Below, in pieces: positions 27,961 to 36,703 of a stretch of 64,000 bases of DNA. The position numbers and the translations under genes were made by a program. Every line of letters starts with the position of its first letter. The first letter of the stretch is position 1. The DNA comes from Gemmatimonadota bacterium (GTDB lineage Bacteria; Gemmatimonadota; Gemmatimonadetes; Palauibacterales; Palauibacteraceae), in contig JBDHAC010000028.1 of the NCBI GenBank assembly GCA_039588275.1, positions 1,782 through 65,781 on the forward strand, in the 5' to 3' direction. The notes below the pieces were generated by a model. The model had not been told where the DNA came from, did not search any database, and was given only the letters and a program-made list of their open reading frames with translations.

Positions 27961-29628
27961 GTGCAAGCCCGCAAGACGCTCGGGCGAGCGACGATCTTCA
28001 TCCTTCTTACGAGCGCTCCGATCCTCTCGGCGCTCGTGTCGTCGGCGCTCGTGTCGGCGGTCGTGGGGGCGGAGGCCGACGGACGACCGCGCGAGGCGGT
28101 CGACGGCCAGCCGCTCGTTACAGCGCTGGTCGACGTGAACGTCGTCCCGCTCGACGGGGAGCGCGTGCTCGAAGGCTCCACCGTGATCGTGGAGGGAGAT
28201 CGGATCGTGACGGTCGGCCCGGTGGAGACGGTCGCCGTTCCCGAGGGGGCGATCGTGGTCGAAGGAGCGGGTGGCTACCTGATCCCCGGATTGGCCGACA
28301 TGCACTTCCACGCCGACGGCCGGCCCGAGGCGTTCATGCTCGCGGTCGCGCACGGCGTGACGACCGTACGCAACCTGAACGCGCGGCGGCGGGACCTCGA
28401 TGTGACGCGGCGCATCGCCGACGGTGAGCTCATCGGACCGAGCGTGTACAACGGACCGAGCCTGGCTGGGGTGCCCCCCGCATACATGCCGATCGTCCGG
28501 GCCTACCAGTTCGTGCTCGCCGCGGCGCTGGGCCTGGGGGCGCTCGCGATCCTTTGGATCGGGACCCGGGCCACGCGCCGCCGCGCAGCGCCGTCGTGGC
28601 GAAGAGCTCGAGTCCCGGTCGGAGTCGGGCTCTTCCTGATCGGGGTCGCCGGGGCCGTGTTGGGGTTCCCCTCTCCGGAGCCGTTGCTTCGCGCCCTCGG
28701 CGGTGACGACGTGACGCTGTCACCCGACCGGGCGCGGGAGATCGTGCTCGACCACCGGGCGATGGGAGCCGACTTCATCAAGGTAAACCAGTTCCTGCGC
28801 CGCGACGTGTTCGATGCGATCGTCTCGGCCGCCACCAGCGCGGGGTTCCCCGTGATCGGGCACGTCTCGGGCGACGTCGGACTCGAGCACGCGCTCGCCT
28901 CGGGTGTGGAGATCCAGCACACGACCGAGATCGCCCCGTATCTATCCCGGGACGAGAGGTACGACGACCCGCGCCAGAGGTTCGACCTGCTCGAGGCGGA
29001 CGCGAAGATGGATCGCACGGTCGAGCTGATTCGAGAGGCCGGGGTGGCGTTCACACCGACCCTGAGTCTGTACGACCACATCGATACTCACCTGCAGGCC
29101 GATCTCTTCTATCAGCTCATGGGCCGGCCCGAGGTCCGCCTCATGCCTCCGAGCTACACCGACGACTGGCACGATCCAGGCCGGAATCCGGTCCTACGAC
29201 GGTTCGATGCGGCCGACCGCCTGTACGTTTCCCGTTATCTGGACGTCCAGAACCGGCTGGTCCAGGAGCTGTCGCGCGCCGGGGTCCCGATCCTCGCGGG
29301 CACCGACGTGACGGCCGTCCCGGGCGCCGTATGGGGCGAATCCCTGCACCGCGAGCTGGAGTTGCTGGTCGGCGCGGGTCTCACGCCCTACGAGGCGCTG
29401 TCTGCCGCGAGCTGGGTGGCGGCCGGGGCCCTCGGCGAGCTCGAGTATTGGGGCACGATCGGTCCGGGGATGCAGGCGGACCTCGTCCTATTGGCTGGCA
29501 ATCCGCTGGAAAACGTCTCCCGCACGCGCGATCGTGTGGGCGTCATGCTGCGCGGCAGGTGGTATCCGCAATCGGAGTTGGAGCGCGTGCTGGATCAGGT
29601 AGAGGCGTCCTACGCGGTGGAGAATTGA
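27961..29628 (+). CDS. amidohydrolase-family metallohydrolase, secreted, with an internal two-TM insertion
   Basis: Signal-like N-terminus. HxH motif ADMHFH; downstream GH, GTD and ADLVLL amidohydrolase-type motifs. Hydrophobic hairpin at aa 181-236. Stop overlaps the trpC start (TTGA). Confidence 0.8.
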   Translation: MQARKTLGRATIFILLTSAPILSALVSSALVSAVVGAEADGRPREAVDGQPLVTALVDVNVVPLDGERVLEGSTVIVEGDRIVTVGPVETVAVPEGAIVVEGAGGYLIPGLADMHFHADGRPEAFMLAVAHGVTTVRNLNARRRDLDVTRRIADGELIGPSVYNGPSLAGVPPAYMPIVRAYQFVLAAALGLGALAILWIGTRATRRRAAPSWRRARVPVGVGLFLIGVAGAVLGFPSPEPLLRALGGDDVTLSPDRAREIVLDHRAMGADFIKVNQFLRRDVFDAIVSAATSAGFPVIGHVSGDVGLEHALASGVEIQHTTEIAPYLSRDERYDDPRQRFDLLEADAKMDRTVELIREAGVAFTPTLSLYDHIDTHLQADLFYQLMGRPEVRLMPPSYTDDWHDPGRNPVLRRFDAADRLYVSRYLDVQNRLVQELSRAGVPILAGTDVTAVPGAVWGESLHRELELLVGAGLTPYEALSAASWVAAGALGELEYWGTIGPGMQADLVLLAGNPLENVSRTRDRVGVMLRGRWYPQSELERVLDQVEASYAVEN

Positions 29629-30476
29629 TCCTCGACGAGATCATCGAGAGCAAGCGAGCCGAGGTCGCGTGGCTCGCCGGGGCCGCCGCGGATCTCGAAG
29701 CCGCGGCCGCCGCTGCCGGCCCGCCGCGCGGATTCGACGCGGCGCTTCGCGCCCCGGGATCCGTCTCGGTGATCGCGGAATTCAAGCGGCGGTCACCTTC
29801 CGAGGGTGACATCAATCCCTACGCCGACGTCGCGGGCGTGGCCCGGGCGTACGAGCGGGGTGGAGCGGCGGCGGCCTCGGTTCTCACCGACGGTCCCTAT
29901 TTCGGCGGAGAGCTCGCGGACCTGCGACGCGCCCGCGACGCGTCCGGGCTGCCGCTCCTCCGGAAAGACTTTCTCATCGATCCCCTGCAGCTATACGAGT
30001 CGAGGGCGGCGGGCGCGGATGCGGTTCTGCTCATCGTCAAGGCGCTCTCCGACGGCACCCTGCGCGAGTTGCGCGCTGGGGCCGAGGACCTCGGCATGTC
30101 CGCGCTGGTCGAGGCACACGATGCGGCTGAGATCGAGCGCGCCCTGGATGCCGGCGCCCGCATCGTGGGCGTGAACGCGCGCGACCTGCAGACGTTCGAT
30201 GTGGATCTCGAAGCGTCCCTGAACTTGATCGAAGAGATCCCCGGCGACGTGATCGCGGTCGCGGAGAGCGGTGTCCGCGGTGGAGCGGACGTAGAGCGTG
30301 CGGGGCGGGCCGGAGCCGACGCCGTACTCGTGGGAGGCTGGCTCATGAAGAGCGATCCGCGCCGTGGTGTCGAAGAGCTGGCCGGTCATCGAAGACGCCC
30401 CCGGGCAGGGTGCGAAGACCCGGCCGGGACGCCGTTCGACGGGGAAGAAGCCGGGGACACGGCGTGGTCCGGGTGA
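29625..30476 (+). CDS. trpC: indole-3-glycerol-phosphate synthase
   Basis: ORF 29331..30476. TTG 29625 gives (M)ILDEIIESKRAEV. SVIAEFKRRSPS, LRKDFLIDPLQ, LVEAHD and GVNARDL motifs. About 30 aa of non-conserved C-terminal tail. Confidence 0.9.
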   Translation: MILDEIIESKRAEVAWLAGAAADLEAAAAAAGPPRGFDAALRAPGSVSVIAEFKRRSPSEGDINPYADVAGVARAYERGGAAAASVLTDGPYFGGELADLRRARDASGLPLLRKDFLIDPLQLYESRAAGADAVLLIVKALSDGTLRELRAGAEDLGMSALVEAHDAAEIERALDAGARIVGVNARDLQTFDVDLEASLNLIEEIPGDVIAVAESGVRGGADVERAGRAGADAVLVGGWLMKSDPRRGVEELAGHRRRPRAGCEDPAGTPFDGEEAGDTAWSG

Positions 30477-31147
30477 AGATCTGCGGGTGTCGAAGGCCCG
30501 TGGACGCGATGGCCGCTGCGGACGCGGGAGCCGCCTACGCGGGTGTCGTGTTCGCCGAGCGCCTGCGTCGCGTCACGCCTGCCGAAGCTGCCGAGATCCT
30601 CGCGCCTGCCCGTGGCCGCCTGCGTGCCGTCGGCGTCTTCGTGGACGCCGGCGACGACGAGGTCCTTTCCATACGGGAGGTGACGGGGTTGGATATCGTG
30701 CAGCTCCACGGCCGCGAGCCGGCCGAGTCGTGCGCGGCTCTGCGAGAAGCGGGCCTCGAGGTGTGGAAGGCCCTCCGCCCCCGCACCGCCGAGGAGCTCG
30801 CCGCGGGGCTGGATCGCTACGCCGGCGCCGTGGATGCGATCCTCGTGGAGGGGTTCTCGGGGGCGGCCGCCGGTGGCACCGGCACCGGCTTTCCCATCGA
30901 GTGGATCGCGCCATTGCGGGAGCAGCTCGCCTCGGATGACGAGGCGCGGCCTGCGGATGCACCGGGAGACGGCGTCGTGCGACCACGGTTCGTGCTGGCG
31001 GGCGGACTCACGCCCGAGAATGTCCGCGACGCGATCCGGCGCGCGCGTCCTTCGATCGTCGATGTGAGCAGCGGTGTCGAGCGTGCTCCAGGCGAGAAAG
31101 ACCCTACACTCATCGAGCGCTTCGTGAGCGCGGCTCGCTCCCTCTGA
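30473..31147 (+). CDS. trpF: phosphoribosylanthranilate isomerase
   Basis: ORF 30410..31147. GTG 30473 gives (M)KICGCRRPVDA and overlaps the trpC stop (GTGA); GTG 30464 is an alternative. IVQLHG, LAGGLTPENV and DVSSGVE motifs. Confidence 0.88.
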   Translation: MKICGCRRPVDAMAAADAGAAYAGVVFAERLRRVTPAEAAEILAPARGRLRAVGVFVDAGDDEVLSIREVTGLDIVQLHGREPAESCAALREAGLEVWKALRPRTAEELAAGLDRYAGAVDAILVEGFSGAAAGGTGTGFPIEWIAPLREQLASDDEARPADAPGDGVVRPRFVLAGGLTPENVRDAIRRARPSIVDVSSGVERAPGEKDPTLIERFVSAARSL

Positions 31148-31315
31148 GACTGTTCTGCAGCCCGGGCCAAAAGCCGATCCCGGGACCGGCCCCGAGAATC
31201 CTCCGAGGGCCGTGTCAGCCGTCTTTCGCATCCCAAAAAGGCCGTCATATTGCGCGTGCGACCCGCGGCTCACGTATCGGGCCGCTCCGGAGACGGTCGG
31301 TGGGAGGAGATTCGC

Positions 31316-34015
31316 ATGATACGATCGCTCGTTCACGAGCCTCACAAGATAAAGACGGTTCGCCCCGCGTCGTTCCCCAGCCTTCAGGAGCGCAAGAAGT
31401 ACCTGGCGGAGGCGCATTTCAACGTCTTCAACCTGACTCCCTCACAGGTCGGCTTCGACATGTGCTCCCTGGGGACCAGCGCCATGACCCAGGAGCAGTT
31501 GTCGGGGCAGCTGATCGGGGATGAGGCCTACGCCGGGGCCAGAAACTTCGAGCACCTGAAGAACGCGGTCCGCGACGTATTGGGGCATACCTACGTGTGT
31601 CCCACGCACAACATTCTCGGGTGCGTCAAGCTGGTGACGGCCACCATGGTCCCGGCGGGCTCGGTGGTCCCTTCGAACGCTCGCACGCGGACCGACATTC
31701 TGGCTCCGCGCCAGGTGAGTGTCCCGGACATTCGGGATCACAGCGAAGAGATCTTCACCGGTAGCGTCGATCTCGCCCGCCTGGAGGAGACCCTCGAGGA
31801 GGGGAACGTTGCGCTCATCAGCGTGCACGCGTTCGCGGACGGGCAGCACCCGTTCAGCCTCGGGAACCTGCGAGCGGTGCGCGCGCTCGCGGACCGATAC
31901 GGGGTACGGCTCGTCCTGGACGGATCGCGGGTGATCGAGAACGCCTGGTACATCCAACATCACGAGCCCGGGGTGGCCTCGCACGGCATCGCGGCCCTCG
32001 TGAAGCAGATCGCCAAGACGGCGCACGTGTTCCAGATCGACGGCGCACAGGACCCCAAGTGCCCCACCGGCGGATTGCTGGCCACCGACAACCCGCAGGA
32101 CCACGAGCACTTCATGAACGAGGTGGTGGTCTACGAAGGTCTCCACACCTACGGCGGCATGGCCGGACGAACGATGGAGGTCCTCGCTCGCGGCCTCGAG
32201 GAGATGTGCCTGGAGGATGAGGTGCAGTGGGTGATGCAGCAGACGGAGCGCTTCAGCGAGCGTCTGCGGGGCGCGGGTGTCCCGCGCGAGCGCGGGTGTG
32301 ACGGGGCGTACGTCCGCGCCGACGCCTTCTTCCCCCATCTCGAGCGATTCCAGCAGGACGCGTTTTCGGCCGCCCTATACGAGATGTCGGGCGTACGGGC
32401 GCTGGCTCACGGTCGAGTCGGCCGCGATCAGATCGTCCCGGTACAGATCCCGCGCCTGGCGATGACGAGCCGGCAACTGGACCAGGTGGCGGACGCGATC
32501 ATCAGCCTGTATCGGCAGCGGGAGATGGTTCCGCCTCTCGAGCCGGCGCGAGACGGGCGCTGGCGGGACCAGATGCGGTACCGGTGGGTGTACTCGGACC
32601 TCGAGCCATACGAGTTCGATACCTACCCCTTCCTGATCCACACCGTAGAGCGCATCGGGCGGTTGAGTCGGCGAGAACGGCAGCAGGCCATCCGCGAGGC
32701 GGGATACAACACGTTCCTCCTCCGCTCGGCCGATGTCACGATCGACCTGCTGACCGACTCGGGCACGTCGGCGATGAGCACCGATCAGTGGGCGGCCTAC
32801 GATGGGGCGCGTGCGACCCCGACCACGTCCGACGAGTACCTGCACCTGGTGGACGTTCTGCGCGAGGCCACGGGCTACGAGCACATCATCCCCACGCACC
32901 AGGGCCGGGCGGCCGAACAAATACTCTCGGAGATCATGATTCAGCCGGGTCAGATCGTGCCCGGGAACATGTATTTCACCACTACGAAGCTCCACCAGGA
33001 GCTTGCGGGGGGGATCTTCCGGGACGTCATCGTGGATGAGGCTCACGATCCGCAGAGCGACTTCCCGTGGAAGGGGAACATCGCTCTGCCCAAGCTCGAG
33101 GCTCTGGTCGAAGAGCACGGCGCCGAGAAGATCTCCTACATTTCGTTCGAGCACTCGGTGAACATGGCCGGGGGCGAGCCCGTGTCGATGGACAACATGC
33201 GGGAGGTGTACGCCTACTGCTCCAGCCACGACATCCCGGTGTTCTTCGACGCCACCCGCATGGTGGAGAACGCCTACATGATCCAGCAGCGGGACCCGCA
33301 CTACGAGAGTACGCGCGTGCGCGACATCCTGCGCGAAATGCTCCTGTACGGTGACGGGTGCACGGTGTCGGGGAAGAAGGACTTCCTGATCAACATCGGT
33401 GGCCTGCTGGCGTTCAAGGACAACGCCGAGTGGCGGGAGCTCGCGGAGGAGAAGATTCGCATCTACGAGGGGAAGGTCACCGATGGAGGGCTGGCGGCCT
33501 CCGACCTGGCGGCCATCGCGGTCGGCGTGCAGGAGATGCTGGACGATCGGTACATCCGGTCTCGAGTCCGCCAGACCGAGGCGCTCGGTCAGATGCTCCT
33601 GGACGCCGGCGTACCCATCGTCACGCCGCCGGGGACCCATGCCATCTTCCTGGACGCGAAGCGCTTCCTGTCCCATATCGACCAGGATGAGTATCCGGCC
33701 CAGCGGCTGGCGGCCGAGATCTACGTGGAGACGGGGGTGCGAGCGATGGAGCGCGGAAACGTCTCGAAAGGCCGCGATCCCGAGACCGGTGACAACTATC
33801 GGCCTCCGCTTGAGCTCGTGCGGCTGACGATTCCTCGCCGGGTGTATACGCGAGACCACATGAGGGCCGTGGCGGACGGCATCATCCGGCTGTACGAGAA
33901 GCGCGACGAGATCCAGGGGCTCAGGTTCGTGTACGAGCCGGACAAGCTCCGGTTCTTCCAGGGCCGGTTCGAGCCGGTCGAAGCCGGCGAGAGCGCGATC
34001 CCGGCCGGAGCCTAG
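31316..34015 (+). CDS. tandem fusion of two tryptophanase/tyrosine-phenol-lyase (beta-eliminating lyase) modules; N-module lacks the PLP lysine, C-module lacks the catalytic Tyr motif
   Basis: ORF 31250..34015. ATG 31316 is preceded by GGGAGGAG. N-module has GDEAYAG but DGAQD and [10 protein letters not shown]-module has [39 protein letters not shown] and [10 protein letters not shown]. Confidence 0.85.
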   Translation: MIRSLVHEPHKIKTVRPASFPSLQERKKYLAEAHFNVFNLTPSQVGFDMCSLGTSAMTQEQLSGQLIGDEAYAGARNFEHLKNAVRDVLGHTYVCPTHNILGCVKLVTATMVPAGSVVPSNARTRTDILAPRQVSVPDIRDHSEEIFTGSVDLARLEETLEEGNVALISVHAFADGQHPFSLGNLRAVRALADRYGVRLVLDGSRVIENAWYIQHHEPGVASHGIAALVKQIAKTAHVFQIDGAQDPKCPTGGLLATDNPQDHEHFMNEVVVYEGLHTYGGMAGRTMEVLARGLEEMCLEDEVQWVMQQTERFSERLRGAGVPRERGCDGAYVRADAFFPHLERFQQDAFSAALYEMSGVRALAHGRVGRDQIVPVQIPRLAMTSRQLDQVADAIISLYRQREMVPPLEPARDGRWRDQMRYRWVYSDLEPYEFDTYPFLIHTVERIGRLSRRERQQAIREAGYNTFLLRSADVTIDLLTDSGTSAMSTDQWAAYDGARATPTTSDEYLHLVDVLREATGYEHIIPTHQGRAAEQILSEIMIQPGQIVPGNMYFTTTKLHQELAGGIFRDVIVDEAHDPQSDFPWKGNIALPKLEALVEEHGAEKISYISFEHSVNMAGGEPVSMDNMREVYAYCSSHDIPVFFDATRMVENAYMIQQRDPHYESTRVRDILREMLLYGDGCTVSGKKDFLINIGGLLAFKDNAEWRELAEEKIRIYEGKVTDGGLAASDLAAIAVGVQEMLDDRYIRSRVRQTEALGQMLLDAGVPIVTPPGTHAIFLDAKRFLSHIDQDEYPAQRLAAEIYVETGVRAMERGNVSKGRDPETGDNYRPPLELVRLTIPRRVYTRDHMRAVADGIIRLYEKRDEIQGLRFVYEPDKLRFFQGRFEPVEAGESAIPAGA

Positions 34016-34064
34016 CCCGGTCGAACCGCAGCCGATCGAAGCACAGCCCATAGAAAGGGGTTCG

Positions 34065-35303
34065 ATGCCCGACGAGCGCGACACGCTGACCGCCCCTGGT
34101 GGAGACGGCTGGTTCGGTTCATACGGCGGGCGCTTCGTACCCGAAACGCTGATTCCGGCGCTGGATGAGTTGAGCGCCGCGTGGGCGGCGGCGTGCTCCG
34201 ACCCCGAATTCCGGCGCGAGCTCGACCAGCTGCTGCGCGAGTTCGCGGGGCGCCCCACAGCGATGTACGAAGCCCGACGACTTGGCGACGCTCTGGGCGG
34301 CGTACGCGTGTGGCTCAAGCGCGAGGACCTGTGCCACACGGGGGCCCACAAGATCAACAACACGGTGGGACAGGCGCTGCTCGCCCGGCGTATGGGGAAG
34401 GAGCGGGTCATCGCCGAAACCGGGGCGGGCCAGCACGGCGTGGCCACGGCGACCGCGTGCGCGCTGTTCGGGTTCGAGTGCGTCGTGTACATGGGCAAGG
34501 AGGACATGCGCCGTCAGGCCCTCAACGTGGAGCGCATGCGGCTCCTCGGGGCGGAAGTGCGTCAGGTAGACAGCGGCACGCGCACGCTGAAGGACGCCAC
34601 CAACGAGGCCATTCGAGACTGGGTCGAGACGGTCGAGACGACGCACTACATCATCGGCTCGGTCGTAGGGCCGGCGCCATATCCGGAGATGGTGCGCGAC
34701 TTCCAGCGGGTGATCGGGGACGAGGCCTCAGAGCAAATGACGGCCCGCGGGGTCGAGCCCGCAGCCGCCTTTGCGTGCGTCGGCGGCGGGTCCAATTCGA
34801 TCGGGTTGTTCACCGCTTTTCTGGGTCGGGGCGAGGTCGAGCTCGTCGGCGTCGAGGCGGCGGGCGAAGGGGTCGATACGGGCCGCCATGCCGCCTCGCT
34901 GGGCGCCGGGATCCCGGGGGTGCTGCACGGCTCGTACAGCTATCTGCTGCAGGATGAGGATGGACAGGTGAAGCCGGCACACTCGGTCTCGGCGGGGCTG
35001 GACTACCCCGGCGTCGGCCCGGAGCACTCGCAGCTCCGCGACAGCGGCCGCGTCCGGTATGAATCGGTCACCGACGCACAGGCGCTCGAGGCCTTCGAGG
35101 CGCTGTGTCGCCACGAGGGCATCATCCCGGCCCTCGAAAGCGCGCACGCGCTCGCGCGGCTGGCGGCGGAGAAGGAACGCTGGGCGGGCCGCGATGTGCT
35201 CGTGTGCCTGAGCGGCCGGGGCGACAAGGACGTCGGAGAGGTGGCGGCGCTGATCGGCCGGAAGCTCCCGGCGGGTCTCCAGAGCTCCTCAGTCTCGGAC
35301 TGA
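34065..35303 (+). CDS. trpB: tryptophan synthase beta chain
   Basis: HTGAHKINN (PLP lysine), GAGQHG, GGGSN and [11 protein letters not shown] motifs. Confidence 0.95.
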   Translation: MPDERDTLTAPGGDGWFGSYGGRFVPETLIPALDELSAAWAAACSDPEFRRELDQLLREFAGRPTAMYEARRLGDALGGVRVWLKREDLCHTGAHKINNTVGQALLARRMGKERVIAETGAGQHGVATATACALFGFECVVYMGKEDMRRQALNVERMRLLGAEVRQVDSGTRTLKDATNEAIRDWVETVETTHYIIGSVVGPAPYPEMVRDFQRVIGDEASEQMTARGVEPAAAFACVGGGSNSIGLFTAFLGRGEVELVGVEAAGEGVDTGRHAASLGAGIPGVLHGSYSYLLQDEDGQVKPAHSVSAGLDYPGVGPEHSQLRDSGRVRYESVTDAQALEAFEALCRHEGIIPALESAHALARLAAEKERWAGRDVLVCLSGRGDKDVGEVAALIGRKLPAGLQSSSVSD

Positions 35304-35336
35304 CAGCTGAATCGTCGACCCGAGGGGGTCCACCGA

Positions 35337-35939
35337 ATGGCATTCATCGATTACGTGAACGAGGACGAGATCCCACCCGAAGACCGGGTGCCGGACCACG
35401 ACAACATCGTCCGCATTCACGGCGTACACAGCCACACCATGCGCCAGCACTACGATCTGTATCGCGAGCTGATGTACGCGAAGGGGCCACTCACTCGAAT
35501 CCAGCGCGAGATGATCGCTGTCGTCGTGTCGGCGGAGAATCGGTGCAAGTACTGACTGCTGCACCACGGGGAGGGTCTCCGTCGACTGCTGGAAGCCAAG
35601 GGGATGACCCCGGAGCCGCGAGAAGCGCTTCTCACCGCGCTGGCTATCGATCGGGAGGGTGCCGACCTGACGCCGCCCGACCGCGCGATGCTGGATTACG
35701 TCGTGAAGCTGACGCTGACGCCCGGTGATATCGGAGAAGCGGACGTCGATGCCCTGCGCGCGCACGGGTTCGACGATCGCGGGATCCACGATATCTGCGC
35801 CATCACGGCGTATTACGCGTTCGTAAATCGGATGGCCGACGGTCTCGGGGTCGAGCTCGAGCCCGACAGGAGCGACACGCTCGCGCGCGGACCCGGGTTC
35901 GATGGATCAGGCGGCGGCCAACCCGACGGCGACGCATGA
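35337..35939 (+). CDS. AhpD/carboxymuconolactone-decarboxylase-like peroxidase-related protein, predicted selenoprotein (in-frame TGA 35553-35555 read as Sec in a C-K-Y-U motif)
   Basis: Track ORFs 35337..35555 and 35604..35939 are in the same frame, separated by a single TGA. The joined sequence reads ...MIAVVVSAENRCKY-TGA-LLHHGEGL..., with the TGA at the second Cys position of the family CxxC motif. Downstream family motifs are intact. A SECIS-like hairpin follows. Stop overlaps the trpA start (ATGA). Confidence 0.7.
35567..35584 (+). other. candidate bacterial SECIS hairpin
   Basis: Begins 11 nt after the TGA. Pairs C67-G84, G68-C83, G69-U82, (G81 bulge), G70-C80, G71-C79, A72-U78, G73-C77. 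Apical loop GGU (35574-35576). Confidence 0.45.
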
Positions 35940-36703
35940 TCGAGCTTCGCCGAGACGGTCGCGCGGGATTCATCCCGTTCCTCACGCATGGGTTCCCGAC
36001 GCCCGAGGCCACACCGGGACTTCTTGCCACCCTCGCGAGCGCCGGCGCCGACGTGATCGAGCTGGGCGTGCCGTTCAGCGACCCGCTCGCCGACGGACCG
36101 ACGATCCAGCGAGCGAGCTGGCGGGCGCTCGAGGGAGGGATAACGCTCGAGAGCACTCTCGATCTGGTGCGTGGACTCTCCGCCGACCTGCCCCCGATCG
36201 TGATCTTCAGTTATCTGAACCCCGTCCTGCGCATGGGGGTCGAGAGGTTCCTGGAGCGAGCCGAGGCCGCCGGGGCGGCGGGCCTGTTGATCACCGACTT
36301 GCCGGTCGGGACACACCCCGACCTGGAAGGTCGACTGGCCGCCTCGAAGCTCGACCTGATTCCGCTGGTCGCCCCCACGACTCCGAGGGCGCGACTCGAG
36401 ACGATCGTCGGACACGCATCGGGCTTCCTTTACTACATATCCCGTCTCGGTGTGACCGGGGCGCGCGAAAGCCTCGACGAGGGCTTGGGGAGCAAGGTCG
36501 AGGAGCTGAGACGCCTGGTCGAGCTGCCGGTCGCCGTCGGCTTCGGAATCTCGACGGCCGAGCAGGCGAGAGCCGTGGCCGCGATCGCGGATGGAGTAGT
36601 CGTGGGATCCGCCCTCATCGCCGCCCTTGAGCGGGGCGAAGATTCGTTCGCCGCTCTGGCGCACGAGCTGGCCGGGGCTGTGCACGGGGATCCCGGTGAC
36701 TGA
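35936..36703 (+). CDS. trpA: tryptophan synthase alpha chain
   Basis: FIPFLTHGFP, IELGVPFSDPLADGPTIQ, YYISRLGVTG and GFGIS motifs. Confidence 0.95.
   Translation: MIELRRDGRAGFIPFLTHGFPTPEATPGLLATLASAGADVIELGVPFSDPLADGPTIQRASWRALEGGITLESTLDLVRGLSADLPPIVIFSYLNPVLRMGVERFLERAEAAGAAGLLITDLPVGTHPDLEGRLAASKLDLIPLVAPTTPRARLETIVGHASGFLYYISRLGVTGARESLDEGLGSKVEELRRLVELPVAVGFGISTAEQARAVAAIADGVVVGSALIAALERGEDSFAALAHELAGAVHGDPGD

Noticed and set aside
32375-34507. 710-aa ORF on the minus strand
   Set aside because: It is antisense to the tryptophanase-like fusion and trpB, both with unambiguous PLP-enzyme motifs. This is a GC-rich antisense artefact.
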